From positions 114,144,001-114,208,000 of the forward strand of contig NC_087437.1 in NCBI RefSeq assembly GCF_036321535.1: a stretch of 64,000 nt of DNA. Reading direction: 5' to 3'. Below the pieces are notes generated by a model that was given only the letters and a program-made list of their open reading frames with translations, was not told where the DNA came from and searched no databases. The DNA comes from Camelus dromedarius. Its lineage: Eukaryota. Made by a program: the position numbers and the translations under genes. Of this stretch, positions 40,481 through 53,484 are shown piece by piece; the first letter of the stretch is position 1, and each line of letters starts with the position of its first letter.

Positions 40481-41360
40481 CTGCTCAGAAACATTTAGTT
40501 TCAATGTCCTTTGTATAAAAATAGAAAAATTAAAAGATCCAATGATTTGGAACTTAAGAGTACAAAACCTAACTTTATGAAGGATCAATGTTAAAAATTA
40601 GCTTCAAATGATGGGAAGTGAAAGGGAAAAAGGACAGAGTTAGCTTTTGAAATTCTTTAACATGTCCTTGAATTATCTATGGTCATCTAAATGGCAAGAT
40701 GTCTACCAAGATGTCTACCTCCCACGTCCTCCAGAGACAGCAAAATGTGCAGCAAGAACACCAGGTCAGAAAGAACTTGGCTATGAATCCTGAGATTATT
40801 ACTGAACCTTTGTGAGCCAAGATTTCCATTTCCAGACTAGATAGTAACACTCACCAGTAGAACAGCTGTAACAATCAGGAATAACACACAGTGTCTGGCA
40901 TAGAGGAGGCACATGGTAGAATATGATATGTATCTGTTATTATTATTTTTATTCTATCAATTGGTACTCCTTCAGTAAGCCTATCCTCAGAATAAGTCAC
41001 TGCAGGGAATTCAGCCCTTTAATAATGTTCACCCTTAAGCTCATTAATTATCCTCCTTTCACTCATGTCATTCAAATTTACATTGAAACCCACTCAGTTG
41101 CATTCACAGGCATTCTTAACTTCCATCAGTCATTGAGAAAACCATACAGGAGACCCTAAAAATGCAGAGGGGGCATATAATGTTCTACACAAACACATCT
41201 CCACTCAGGGAAAATCCTTCCAGGAAAGATGCCTCGCTGTCACCTGTGCGGTTCAACTGGGAAATGCGTGGCCGCTGATATCCCTTGTCTGTTCATTCCC
41301 AACCCTTTCCTAATAAGATAATGGCTTCAGAGAATAAACAGAAAGAAAATAAAAGAGAAA

Positions 41361-41470
41361 TGAATATATATATATGTTCATGTATAACTGAAAAATTGTG
41401 CTCTACACTGGAATTTGACACATTGTAAAATGATTATAAATCAATAAAAAGTGTTTAAAAAAAAAAAGAA
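41361..41470 (+). mobile_element. Very short (about 110 bp) young L1 3' tail with a 21-bp TSD
   Basis: Near-identical to 32921-33030. TSD AGAAAGAAAATAAAAGAGAAA at 41340-41360 and 41471-41491. Confidence 0.92.
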
Positions 41471-41791
41471 AGAAAGAAAATAAAAGAGAAAAGAGTCCAG
41501 TTTAGGGAAAGAAAACAGATGGAAACCAAGAGAGAGGGGAAAAAAATGAAGAAAGGAGAGAAAGGGAGAAAAGTTTCTTCCAGAGAAAAAGTAAATCAAT
41601 AGTAGACGTTTCTGGAGGGAGTAACTGGGGTAGAAATAGGATGCAAACTGAGCCAGGCTCAGTTACTGTTTTGTGCATCCAGTTAAAGAAAATCATGTGG
41701 ATAACAAAGGGTCCCGCCACAAACATGGAATTCCCCCAAAACGGAGAAAGGCAATTCCATGGAGGCGAACCTTCGCTGCAGGCTACTGTTG

Positions 41792-41829
41792 TGATTATGA
41801 TTATGATTATGGTTATGATTATGAATATT
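41792..41829 (+). repeat. Hexamer repeat (TGATTA)n, imperfect
   Basis: TGATTATGATTATGATTATGGTTATGATTATGAATA read directly. Confidence 0.85.
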
Positions 41830-42940
41830 TTAATGAAATAGCATGTCACATGCCAAAGGCTGTTTAGGTTTGTAACTTAGTTGCCCTAAGACAAGGGTGT
41901 GAGGTCTAAATGTTCCTCCTCCAACCTCACCAGAAGTGGATGGAAATATAACCCTTTATTCACCTGAGGCACTATTCTGCAAGGAATGATTTTTAAAGTT
42001 CCCTCCATCTCTTCAGATGTATGCAAGAGGTGAGGAATGGCCAGCTAAGAACAATTATAAAAACGATGTTTCATTTTTTTCTTTATATCTATTGTCTTTT
42101 TCATTTGACTCTTCTGTGTCGTAAGGATCGTGACCACTTTTTTTTTAACTTCTGCTACCTCCTTTCATCTTTCTTTCCCAATTTTAATTCTCCCCTGAGA
42201 GCAGCACAGAACCCTAGACTTCAGTCTAGACTTCTCAAGCTCCCCCAACCAATGACCCAACTGCCTGATTGTGAATCAGTAAGTGTCATGGAAAAGAGGT
42301 CTATGTACATCTAACCCATACTCTATAATGGAAAGTTCTAAAGCCAAAAAGACTGCTTCCCCTGGGCCACCAGAGCAACTAGGACGACAGGTGCTTTTAA
42401 ACACAATCACTCATGTGTCATCTCAAATACAAATCCCCTAAAGGTGATTCAGTGTCTGGGTCTAGTGTTATTGACCAGTTGGCCAGTAGACTGTTAAGTA
42501 AACCATGCTGTCCATGACTTACCCCAACACATTAAAAGGCAGAAGGTGGCAAATACGTACAGTATATGTGTGCTCATTACAGGTATTTTTAGACTATCAC
42601 TTTTGGGTTATTAAAAACAGAAATTGACTTTTGAAGAAGGGAACAGCTCTCTTGGAATATCATGCATTCCAGACTGAGAAAATAATTATAATTTCCAGCG
42701 TCAACAAAAATTTTCTCACCTAAATAGGAAGCTGAGAAAAAAAAATGGGTAGAAAAGAAGTTTACATCATAACTCAGGTCATTCTATTCTTCTGATAAGA
42801 AAACAAGACCTCAAATAAGAAACAACAGAAACCAATCCGTTGTTAAACTTCATATGAAGATAAAGAAATGTCATCCTCACTTTCAAATTTCTTTATATCT
42901 TCCTTGAAAGGTAACTTATCTTCCCTCTAAATTTTTCTTT

Positions 42941-43028
42941 TTTCCTTTTATTGTTGAAGTATAGTCAGTTTACAATGTTGTATCAATTTCTGGGTGTACA
43001 GCATAATGTTTCAGTCATTCGTATACAC
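42941..43028 (-). mobile_element. Very short antisense L1 3' tail
   Basis: TTGAAGTATAGTCAGTTTACAATGTTGTATCAATTTCTGG matches the tail at 34970. Probable TSD AAAT(T/A)TTTCTTT at 42929-42940 and 43029-43040. Confidence 0.85.
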
Positions 43029-43099
43029 AAATATTTCTTTAAAAGAAAATTTCCAAAGATTTTTCATTCTGTGGATAAAAAGTACACCCCCATTTTTTC

Positions 43100-43232
43100 G
43101 GTGGTTTATTTGACAAATATTTTTGGAAGGCCTACTATGTACCAGGTGTTGTGTCAAACCCCAGGGATCCAGCAATGAACATGAGAGAGTCCTTGATTCC
43201 ATGAAGTTTACAAACTAGTAGGGGAGGGAGAA
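43100..43232 (-). mobile_element. L2 3' end fragment
   Basis: TTTATTTGACAAATATTTTTGGAAGGCCTACTATGTACCAGG...GGGATCCAGCAATGAACA...CATGAAGTTTACAAACTAGTAGGGG. Confidence 0.75.
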
Positions 43233-45704
43233 CATTTAAAAACTCACCAGCAGTATGTTTCAGTTGTATGCATTCCTGTATGTGTGATATATTTCATATT
43301 TTTAAATGAAGAAAATAATTGAGCCTCTAAATAAATAAAGAGATTTTTTAAATTGCCATAGTGAGAATCGAAGTTCAGAAGGATACAGGAGATAAACTGC
43401 ATAATTAGGACACACAAATAAGCTAAGAGAACAATGTGGGTGCACACCTGCTTCTTCCTGCCTGACCCGCAGGCATCTTAGCCTATATTTTGACCAGCCT
43501 AAGGAGTGATTTTTATGGTGAAAAATCTCAGATCCAGTTCAGTAACAACAGCAAACCCCCGAGGGAGATTATTTTGGAAAGGCAGAGTTTTCAGAAATGA
43601 TGCTCTGTTATAAATGAGTAGATCCTTTCCCCAAATATAATTTACTGCCTCAGTCTACCTCTTGCTGAAACCACTGTCACCACCACCAAAGCTTGAGTAT
43701 ATGAAACAATTTAGAACTCAGTTTCAAAAATTGTTCTAGTACAAAGGTAATTTTTTAAAAGAATTAATAACACATAAAACACCAGACAAGCAAAATAAAC
43801 CTAAGGGAACTGGCACTAAAGTTTTCAAAGGCATGGGAATCTGATTTTTTCAAATGTCAGCCAAAGCAACGTTAGTAGGCAGCTCATCAGAGATTCAAGA
43901 AAACAGAAAGACAGAATCATCATCACTGGCATCTGACATGACTATTGGGGTAAAAAAATAAGGAAGTTCTGTTTATGGCTTTAAAAATGCCATTAGTTGG
44001 ACAAGAGTCATAACAGAACAGCCTTTCTTATTTCAGTGAACCATAAATACTAAACCCAGAGCCCAAGATCTGCTTAAAACTCAGGAAATGTTCACCATTG
44101 ACTGGTGCTGCCTGGTTAAGGGGACCGCTATGGCTGTGGATAACATCCCGTCTGACATATGTTGTTTCTTTCCCTTTCTCCCCCTGGCTAGGCTATGTCT
44201 TTGTGAATTCTTTGTAACACTTTTTTTCTCAATACTATTCGATTAGCTTCCAAATGAGTGAAAAGTACCCATGCACCAAGATTGCCACTTTACCAAGTAT
44301 CATTGCAAGAATTCACAACCAGCTGCTTTAAAGTAATTGGCATCATAATGTGCAGAAAAATTACTTTTCTAATGGTTGCCTGGAAGATTTATATCCTTAA
44401 AATGTAATTAAAAAGTAGATTTAGAAATATGCTCAGCAACCAAAAAGATTAAATATTAATGTGGAGTGTAATTAATAAATTATACATCCCTTGATTACTA
44501 ATGGCTTATTGACTGTAAAAGCATAACATTATGGAATATTAGGGCAAACAAAGGCTTTTGGGGGATATTGTTTAGCTTCAATGATGAAGCTGCAGCTCTT
44601 GAATTTTTGGGAGAAATCCTGATTTTTGCAGATCGTATAAAATTTTGCCCGATTGTTCCCATTAGCATTCTTCATTCATTCTATATGTTATAAAGTCTGC
44701 CGTTCTTTATGAAATGAAAAATCTGTAGTTTCTTGAATCAATTTTTACTGAATTAAAGCAACTTCTATTGCTTATCCTATAGGTTTCCCAGTTGAAATTT
44801 TAAATTTAGAAGTATTTTTGACCTCTTAAATTAAAAAAAAAAAAAAGGTCTAATGTCATTGCCAAGGACAACAGTGAAGGGAAACATCTGAAGCTCGCTG
44901 AGTGTGTAATGGGCCATGTTTGCAGGGCACTTCAACAGGAAGAGTAGGATAACACTATAGACTGAAGTAATGGGCTTTCTAATAGCCTCAGCAGACACTT
45001 TTGAGCTCCAATCATCAAAAGCTCCTTTTAAAATTTTTTAAGACATTGATCAGAATCCTAGAGTGTGACAGCTGTAAAGTGTCTGGGAAGTTATCTGGTC
45101 TACCAGCTTCATTCTTATATGAATTAGGAATTCTCTTATCCGAGGCAGTCACATGACTCATACAAGATTTCAAGGGTAGTCAAAGGCAGAACGGGAACAA
45201 TAATTTGGGCCTCCTCACAACACCACTCCAAATCTTTTTCCTTTGTTTCACATAATAACCAAGGAACTAGAGTGGTCAGATTTGTTAAGAATCTTAGTTT
45301 ACAAATCTTCTGATTTTCAAGTATTTTTCTAAGAAATTTCATTTAAGTGTACACAAAAACAAGCGATATCTAAACCACTAGAACCAAGTTTCCAATAACC
45401 ACCTCTTTAGGATTCCCTCCCAAGTCAATCTCTACTATGTTTATCCACCAGTTTGTCTATTTTATTTGTCTGCTTCCTGCTTTTCTCCTTTAGAGTAGAC
45501 CCTAAGCTCCTTGAGGGCAACTATTTTCTTTTCTCTATTAACTCAAGAGTCTAGCACCAGAGTCTTAGCACCAGAAGAATGAAAGTTCCATAAATATCTG
45601 TTGAGAAATAAGTACATCTATAAGAACAGAAAGTTCCAGAAAAACCTCCAAGTGGGCTCTTTTCCTGCTTGGCCTCGGCATTATAAACACTGTTCTTCCA
45701 TTTT

Positions 45705-45732
45705 TTTCTTTTTTTTCCTCTCTCTTTTTGTG

Positions 45733-45777
<45 letters not shown>

Positions 45778-45959
45778 TTTAATTGACGCGTAGTCAGTTT
45801 ACAATGCTGTGTCAATTTCTGGTGTACAGCATAATGTTTCATTCATACATGAACATATATATATTCATTTTCATATTCTTTTTCACCATAAGGCACTACA
45901 AGATACTGAATATAGTTCCCTGTGCTCTACAGTGTGAACTTGGGGAAAAACACAAGTTC
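45705..45959 (-). mobile_element. Antisense L1 3' tail with a (TG)n microsatellite in its tail
   Basis: GTAGTCAGTTTACAATGCTGTGTCAATTTCTGGTGTACAGC...ATATAGTTCCCTGTGCTCTACAG. Flanked by TTCTTCCATTTT at 45693-45704 and 45960-45971. Confidence 0.88.
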
Positions 45960-46593
45960 TTCTTCCATTTTGATATTGGAGTTTCCTCTGCAGCCAAAGT
46001 ATGAGGAAGGAGGAGATCTCCATGATCAGAAAGGGGCCACCATCAACGTGGAAAGCTGTGAGGACAAGACTGGTGACTGTGCTCTAGAGCCGTCTTTCGT
46101 CTCATGTCCAAGTGGGTCAATTTGCAAAGCATCTCACACTAGAGGCCAATCAAAGTGCCACTGGAATGGAGCAGATGGCCTTTCTCCAGTGACAGTGAGG
46201 AAAGGACAATTAAACGATGGCTCTGAGCACAAAATAAAATCAAAGGGGGAAAAGTAAATAGGCAAAACTTTTCCTGGTTGTGTTAGAAATCCTGGCATTT
46301 AACAGATACATCTTTCTATTAATTTCACACTAATTTAGTTCATAAATTCCAGTTTATAGAATTCTCCTTGCCTGTTTAAGGAAGATGTCATCTGTATATC
46401 CCCACAAATGTCACTCTGTCGGAGTCCTTGGCTGAAGTTTTAAAATTTCAGCGTAAGTCCAACGATGTCTTATTTCTTGACCAAGAGAAAAAAAAGAGAG
46501 AAACTCTAACATTCTGAGAGAGTGACATTACCTCCTGTGCTGAACAGAGTTCATCTCAGTTCACTACACTTCCACTAAATTCATTTTGCTGCA

Positions 46594-46628
<35 letters not shown>

Positions 46629-47659
46629 GTCAGTTCAGTAGCTGATGATAACACAGCTCTCGAAAAGTATATGGACAGATTAACATGGACTCAAAACTCC
46701 AAAATACCCAATCATCAGCTTAGCTCTAATAGAAATTGAATCACTGGAAATGATAATTTTTTAAAAGTTATAAGTAATAATATAATCAATAAATCCTAAT
46801 GATACTGTATTTCTTCAAGCTGACAATGTTCATTGTCACTGGAACATTATCTATATTACAAAACATTTTTCTTCCTTGCTTAACAGATAATCAGTGGCTT
46901 AGAAACTTCATAAAATTTCTGATTTTACAGAGGTAGAAATCAAGTCCTTATGGGGTTAAGTGACTTGGTTTAGGTCCCATAGTCATTTGTTAAAATAAAT
47001 GCATTGCCCATATAGTATTCATTTTGATGTTATTTTTTTATTTTGTAAAACTGTATCCATCCGGGCACAAGTGTCCCTGATCAAGATCTTGACAATTACT
47101 TTGCTGATATTAACAGCAGCATTTAACCTGTATGGCAGGCAGGAGAACTGGTTTCTGTTGTGTTCCCTGTGTTTTTCTGCCCCTCCTTCCAAGATAGCAG
47201 AAGAACACCGCGTTCAATTTTGCTTCAGAGAAAGTTCTTCAAAATGACAGTTATAAAGAAAGCAAAATATGTAGAAAAACACATGTTCTAATTTTAAATT
47301 TAAAAAGACAAATGACTAGTGTCTGCATTGAGTAAATTACACACACATATAAGGTCTGAAGGAACACATGACAAGATTTGCTCTGTTAGAGATTTTTTTG
47401 AATTTCTACCAGTATATTAATTATTCAAACAAAAATGAAGATTTCATATCATTAAGTCCATGTTCCAGAACAATAAGTGGAGACTGATTGTTTCTTCTGG
47501 ATAGAGATTCCAGATATTTCAGAAAGTAGTGTCTCAAAATGGAAAGTCCTTCCCAGGACAGGATCGTGGGTGGCATTTTATCAAACATGCCGTGGTTGTC
47601 TGATTTGAGCTTCCTTGGCAGTTTCTGTTGGCAACATGAACATTTTGGACCTTAATTAC

Positions 47660-47978
47660 ACCCGTTCACCATCCCTTATGACAATTTCAAGATCCAAAAA
47701 TTTCTGGAAATTGAAATTTTTGTACTAACTCACTTGGGGCCAAACCTGTCCCTGAAGTGACAGGTGGCTATGCATAGTCCTTCTCTCACTGATGGGATAT
47801 CAATATATTTGATTAAAGACATCTTAACAGTTTAGACTATGGAGTGATGTTGCAAACCTTGCTAGGGCTGGTATACAATGTGTGATACATGCCTATTAAA
47901 TTACGGTGCAAAATCTGAAAACTTCTGAATTTCAAGACATGTCTGGCTCAAGGGTTCAAGAGATGGATTGCGAACCCT
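47660..47978. mobile_element. TcMar-Tigger MITE (MER46C-like)
   Basis: Degenerate inverted termini GTTCACCATCCCTTAT ... GAGATGGATTGCGAAC and internal CAAAATCTGAAAACTTCTGAATTTCAAGACATGTCTGGCTCAAGGGTT. Confidence 0.6.
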
Positions 47979-50900
47979 ATTCTGTCCTATTTTACTGTCT
48001 AATGCAATCATGCTCTAACAACATGATCAAAATCCCCTTTGCTGTCCTTGCCTGCATGATCAAACCACACACAGCGCAAATCTAACCAGCCCTCAGCGCT
48101 AATCAGCTGACAACTTATTAGCAACATCAGCCAAGGAAAATCATCCTTCATGGTTGTTGATGGCTTATCAGAAATCCACAGAGATAGTCTGGACCTTAAT
48201 CTACATAAGTGATGACAGGAGAAATCTTATTTATACCACTTTAAATACTCATCTGCCTAATATATTCTGGAACCTCTCAACAATACATGACACTGATAAC
48301 TCTAAAATGTTTCCTATTTTAAAATGAGAAGGTTTCTGTTTGGGGATTGAAAGAAAATTGTTTCCCAGCAACGCGAACACCAAAAATGTCCAACAGCCTA
48401 ATTTTCTCAGCTGAAGCTGAGATGCTGTGGAAGTGGGGAAACGTTAAAGTCAGGAGAACTTTCTCTCATTTTTATCACCAAATCTTACTCCACTTCTTCC
48501 TGTGTAAATTCATCCAATTTACTAAATGAATAGACCTCACAAAGGGACACACCGAACTCTCAGTGAATAAAGAGTAAAGGATGCCCTGGATAAGTCATGT
48601 ATTTGGGATAACATGTCAACTCATCGGAAGCTTCTTAGGGGCCATTTAGTGTATTTAAATAATAAGTAAGGAAATCAACATCAATTAATATTTTCTCTGT
48701 GCCCACAGGGTACTTGGCACCATCTGTTGGACTCAGTGGGAAACAGTCATTAACTGTCCCTGTTCTCAAAGGGCATTTTCCAAAGAAACCATAACATCAA
48801 CCTCATTCTTTCGCAAACCGCAGAGAGCAAACAGAAAAATGTAATTTTAGCCAATTAAGAGACTTTGTTTTTAATGGCTACTTTACTTCAGCTGGCTTAA
48901 ATCTTTGTCTTTGAGGTGGTGGAGGAAGGATTGGGAAAATACAGGGATAAGACAGAGACGCGATGATGAGAAGGAAGAAAGTAGGAAAAGTGCTGAGTAG
49001 ATATGATGTATTTCTTTTCTCTAAACAGCCAGTAAACACCACTCATTACACCAATCACTCAACTCAGCGTCCTGAGCGTTTTCTCTCTACAACATTGTCC
49101 TGGACTGGGGACCAGAGAGTGAATCATGGAACTCTCGTGCCCAGCTCTTCGTGAGGACTGTCGTGATCCCTAACTCATTGGGTTATTGTGAAGATTAAAC
49201 GAACCAATATGCGTGGCACAGATGCTCTATTATTTTGGGAAACCAGCACATAAACAGATTATTTTCAGTGCCATGTGAGGTACAGTAAAGGATGCTGTGG
49301 AAGGCTGCACTGGTCAGGGTGGAGAGGAGGGGCAGGGAGGTTAGGAGGATCGGGGGGCTCCAGAGCCTGGTCCAGATACCGACGTATTACCCAGAGGGCT
49401 GCAGCCATGCGGCTGAGCTGCCCCACCAAGCAGGCGGAAATCCTACCTGGGCTTCCTCCCCCAACCGTGTGCCCTGACCTGGGGCCAGACACACCGGAAT
49501 TAAGGGGCATCTTCTCTGTCTCTCAGCAAGGCAAGCACTGTGTCCTCCAGGAGGGCAACTTCTCGGTCTTCAAGCACCAGATGGAACTGCCCGGGTCTGT
49601 ATTTCCCAGCACTGACCCAGGATGGCTGATTCTGTTTTCCCTGGAGGATCGCGAGATCTGTTAGGGGTAGCTGCTGTGTCAGCGCTCTGACTGTGGCATT
49701 TTCTTATTCCTTTTCAGTACTGCTTCATGGGCTAAGAGGTGGACCCGATTCTCCAGTAAACCCTGACTCTGCCTAGAAAACCCCCCAGGTCTCCAGGTAT
49801 GAACCTCCTGTTGGCCAGGTATCTTCAATAAAGAGGGGAAAGCAGGCATTCAGCTCTTACTAGGGCTGAATTTGGCTCAAGTTCCATCCATTAGAGCCCA
49901 GAGAGGAGGAGGTGGGGAGGGCGATGCAAAGTGACTCACCTGGGGTGTGTGTACCTGTGAGGTATGGGCCACGCAGTGAGAGGCAGAGATCACTGCCACC
50001 GTGGTCCCTGCATCTGTTCAATGGGCATTGGAGCCTACTGGGTGCAGGGCCCTGAACCAGGGCACTGGGGATCCAAAGTGAACAGAACACACCTCCAGCC
50101 CCCCGGGGCCCGTATTCAGCCATGCCAGCCTGATGCACAAGTATTCATAGGAAACGGTTATGGGGACAGTGCCATCAGCAGACAGGAGCCCGGGCAGGTC
50201 ACCAAGAGGGTATCATAGGTGGCCTTTAGCCCAGATGCTGCCGGGCCAGGTGCCTGTAGGCAGATGCTGTAAGAGGTGCTGTGTGAGGACCCAGGGTCTG
50301 CCTGCGGACTGCAGGGGGCTGACATGGCAGGGTGACTCCAGGGCCGGCCACTACTGGTGGAGGACATTCTAAGCAATTTTCGGGAGCATTGGGCACTGTC
50401 CGCAATCTAGCAACTCCACCTAAAAGAGGGGTCTCCTTCCCAGAGGGTAGGCCATGGATAGCAGAGGGGGTGCATTGAGACCGGAGTCTCAGGAAGCTCC
50501 TGTAAGTGGGCTCCGGGGAAACAGGAGGCGCGTGTTCCCCCAGGTTCCTGGGAGCCTGCCCTAAAATCATCCTTAGAAGATTTTAGAGGAAGTCAAACCA
50601 AAACAAACAAAAACCATGGTTTACTCCCTCTGCCAGTTATTAATTATGAAGATAAATAGTCGCTTGATGCACAGAGGTGCTATGAATTGACCTTTGGTTT
50701 TTAACTTTCAGGCTCCAGAAGGCTCCCGCATGAGGAGGTCTCTGTGCCTTACCAATGGTGGTCTTTGCTGGGGAAAGACTTGAGGATACGCTTTTGCCCT
50801 ATAAACTGGGAGCCTGGATCATGCTGTGAGGTGACCGGGGTTTATTTTCATTCTTTGGTTACGTACAATAGAGAAAAATCATCAGTGTATAGAAACCCGA

Positions 50901-51056
50901 AAGAAAAAAACAATGAGAGATGTGTCTGGTTCATAATAGTCACGCCACTGTCTCCTAAGTGTATTAGGGTCCTCAGGCCAGATTTCTAATTCCAACTCGT
51001 ATAAAGTACTAAATAGATAACTGGGAGAAATCATCTAACCTGTGCAAGGGAAACAA

Positions 51057-51115
51057 GGGGAGGGGCCGGGCTAGCTCAGTGGCGGAGCGCGTGCTTGATG
51101 TGCACAAGGTCCCGG
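51057..51115 (+). mobile_element. 3'-truncated tRNA-Ala-derived SINE head (Vic-1-like) or tRNA retropseudogene
   Basis: TAGCTCAGTGGCGGAGCGCGTGCTTGATGTGCACAAGGTCCCGG resembles the tRNA-Ala 5' portion (A box TAGCTCAGTGG). B box and tail are absent. Confidence 0.75.
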
Positions 51116-51225
51116 AGACGGGAGGGGAGAGGAAGGGTCCCTATTCTCAGCATGGCCGTCACCCAGTTCACACCACTGTCAGGAAAACAACCTGATTCCC
51201 AACTGGGTTCCAAACAGAACTCATT

Positions 51226-51241
51226 GAGCGCCACCTACGGG
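51226..51241 (-). promoter_or_regulatory. Candidate CTCF site
   Basis: Minus strand CCCGTAGGTGGCGCTC versus consensus CCASYAGRKGGCRS, one mismatch. Confidence 0.45.
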
Positions 51242-51399
51242 CTCACCTGAGCCTCACTTACTCCTCACAGGAACCCCACGAGGCACTGAAAATGCATATT
51301 CTCTAGAATTTCAAAGGGAAAGACTAGAGACATGTGCAAACCGACCTAACAGCCACGGGTTAAGCCCAGTCTCCTCTTTCTGAGAGTCATGACGCATAT

Positions 51400-51615
51400 T
51401 GTCTGTTAGGCACCGTCCATGTGCCGGACACAATGCCAAGTGCTTCCCTGGTACTATTTCTGGTGTTCCTCGCCAGCTCTCACATGGCAAGGATTACTAT
51501 CCTTCCCATTTTCCAGATAATAAACTGACTCTCAAGAAACTAGTCATTTGCTCAAAGACATGGAGCTTGTGGGATCTAAGACAGGATTTATCTTTTTCGC
51601 TGCTCTACCATTTCC
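51400..51615 (-). mobile_element. MIR SINE
   Basis: CATGTGCCGGACACAATGCCAAGTGCTT...CCCATTTTCCAGATAATAAACTGACTCTCAAG...TCATTTGCTCAAAGACA. Confidence 0.65.
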
Positions 51616-51789
51616 TCAGGACAAAAGGTCCACACTCTAAGCATTGATGGGGCACGACATTATTGAGATAACCTATAATTATTCATCTACACAGGCACTG
51701 GGAATGTCCCAGGCAGCCACTTCCTAGCCCGCAGACACTGACTTTGTTCAGACAGCAGCGTGTCACTCAGGATGATTTAGTTGATGAAA

Positions 51790-52228
51790 CTGAATGGTGA
51801 CAATCCCAATCAATTCAGCCAGTGATTGGTGGTTGCCACTTGACCTTGTTCTGACCAAAGAAATCTCTTTTAGGTTTCCAGAAAAGATTTTTTTTCCCTC
51901 CCTGACAAATAAGACATGCAGAGGAGAAAGCCCTTTTGCACTAGCTCCTCCTGCTGGCTGCAACATAGTTAGACACGTGAGGACCTGATGGTTGGAGCAG
52001 GGGCAGCTATCTTGTGAGCATGAGTGGAAGGTGGGGGCATTGCTCACATTCTAAGGGTGTCAGAATGAAAAAGAAAAAAAGTTTAGGAGTTGAAGTCATT
52101 GTTACAATTGCCATCAAAACTACCCTGGGACCACCTACCTCTAGAGTTTTTGTAATGGAAATAAATGTTCTTATGATTTAAACCTCTATTAATGTTTCTT
52201 ATTACTCTAAATGCATGTCAACTGATAG
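51790..52228 (+). mobile_element. MaLR LTR (MLT1J/K/L-like)
   Basis: CAGCCAGTGATTGG...GTGAGGACCTGATGGTTGGAGCAGGGGCAGCTATCTTGTGAGCATGAG...CCACCTACCTCTAGAG...AATAAATG. Confidence 0.65.
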
Positions 52229-52347
52229 AGTTGTGAAGTCAGTCAAAGTGAAATTTTTATTTTTTCTAAGAATGAAATTTGAGCATGTTTAGTGACTAAA
52301 TAAATTACCTATTTTGGATTAGTGACTTGCAGTTCTTTCTTGGCTTC

Positions 52348-52925
52348 TGGAGGGGAGGAGAAACTTCTCCTCTACCCTCTTATGTTTACTGACTGGGATG
52401 TGCAAATTAAACTAACAAGAGGCAGATTCACCAAAGAGAAACGTACAACGTTTATATGACATTAATAACACTTTGTAAGTGACACAGAGGGCTTCACAGA
52501 CAAGAAGTGAAAACCCCAAAGAACTGGTTACACTCAGGAGCTCATAAACAACTTTAACAAAATGTGATAAATTTGTGGTGAAGTGAGCAGGCAAAGGAAA
52601 GGGATTCGGGCTTTTAGGGGTGATCCAAGGTGGGGAAGTGGCTGGGAAATACAAGAGGGAAACTCCTGGAAGGTGAGGGTTACTTTAGTGAGCTTTGTTT
52701 GTGCGTGTGATGACTCGACTCATCTTGGCATCAGCCCCCTGTCTCCCATGATAAGAATGTTCTCTTCTTCCTGGAACCAGGAGGGCAACTTTCTCATGGG
52801 AAATTTATGTCCTGATTTTAGGCAGAAAGGGTGAGGCTAGAGAGCTGTTTCTCAATTGCTTTCAGATCAAAATAATCAATATGCCAAACCAGTGTACTTG
52901 GGGTGATGTGTTTCGATCACCTTCG
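52348..52925 (-). mobile_element. ERV1 solo LTR (MER34-like)
   Basis: Minus strand starts GAAGGTGATCGAAACACATCACCCCAAGTACACTGGTTTGGCATATTGATTATTTTGATCTGAAAAGCAATTGAGAAA and ends TTTCTCCTCCCCTCCA, similar to recalled MER34-family termini. Confidence 0.7.
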
Positions 52926-53484
52926 TTTACAAATAAATAATATAGCCACCATTTTACTTTCATATTTAAAATATAAATAACTTCTATTTAATATGTTATA
53001 AAAATACAAAATAATTAACATACCTAATTTAATATCGTTATTGTAATATTACTACAAAAGCTACTAACAAAAGGCTTAAAAGGGCTTTCTGAAAGTTTAT
53101 TTTTTTATTTTTTAAGTCAAGGCTGTTTGAACTCTGTATGAATTACCAAGGACTGAGATACCAGAATAAAAAGAACAAGCAAAGGTTGTCTAGGATATCT
53201 GATTTTTTTTTTATCTGAACAGAAAATAAGTAAGTATACAAGTTTGCTAAAGAGAAGTGGTAAAAATTGAATGTTCTGGATTGTGGGATCGGTACATCAA
53301 GCTTTACTCTAGTAGTTGATGATTTAATCATAAGGCTTACTGCATGCTCTGTTCAAATCCTTAAATATTACTATGTAATTATTATAGCTTAACCACTACA
53401 GAAATGCATAAAGCAAAAGTGAAACTTGTCCCAGCATTAAAATGGACTGAAACTGCTTTTAATAATTATAAAATTAATTTACAT

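Noticed and set aside
46598..46625. Long poly(T), and poly(A) at about 54107-54131, as retrocopy tails
   Set aside because: No adjacent retroposed body and no TSD visible.
49250..50600. GC-richer segment with many overlapping ORFs as a CpG-island gene start
   Set aside because: CpG density is modest, the peptides are unrecognisable, and part of it looks like an L2 relic (about 50010-50200).
51057..51115. Functional tRNA-Ala gene
   Set aside because: Lacks the T-arm/B box and the 3' acceptor strand, and the anticodon arm is mutated.
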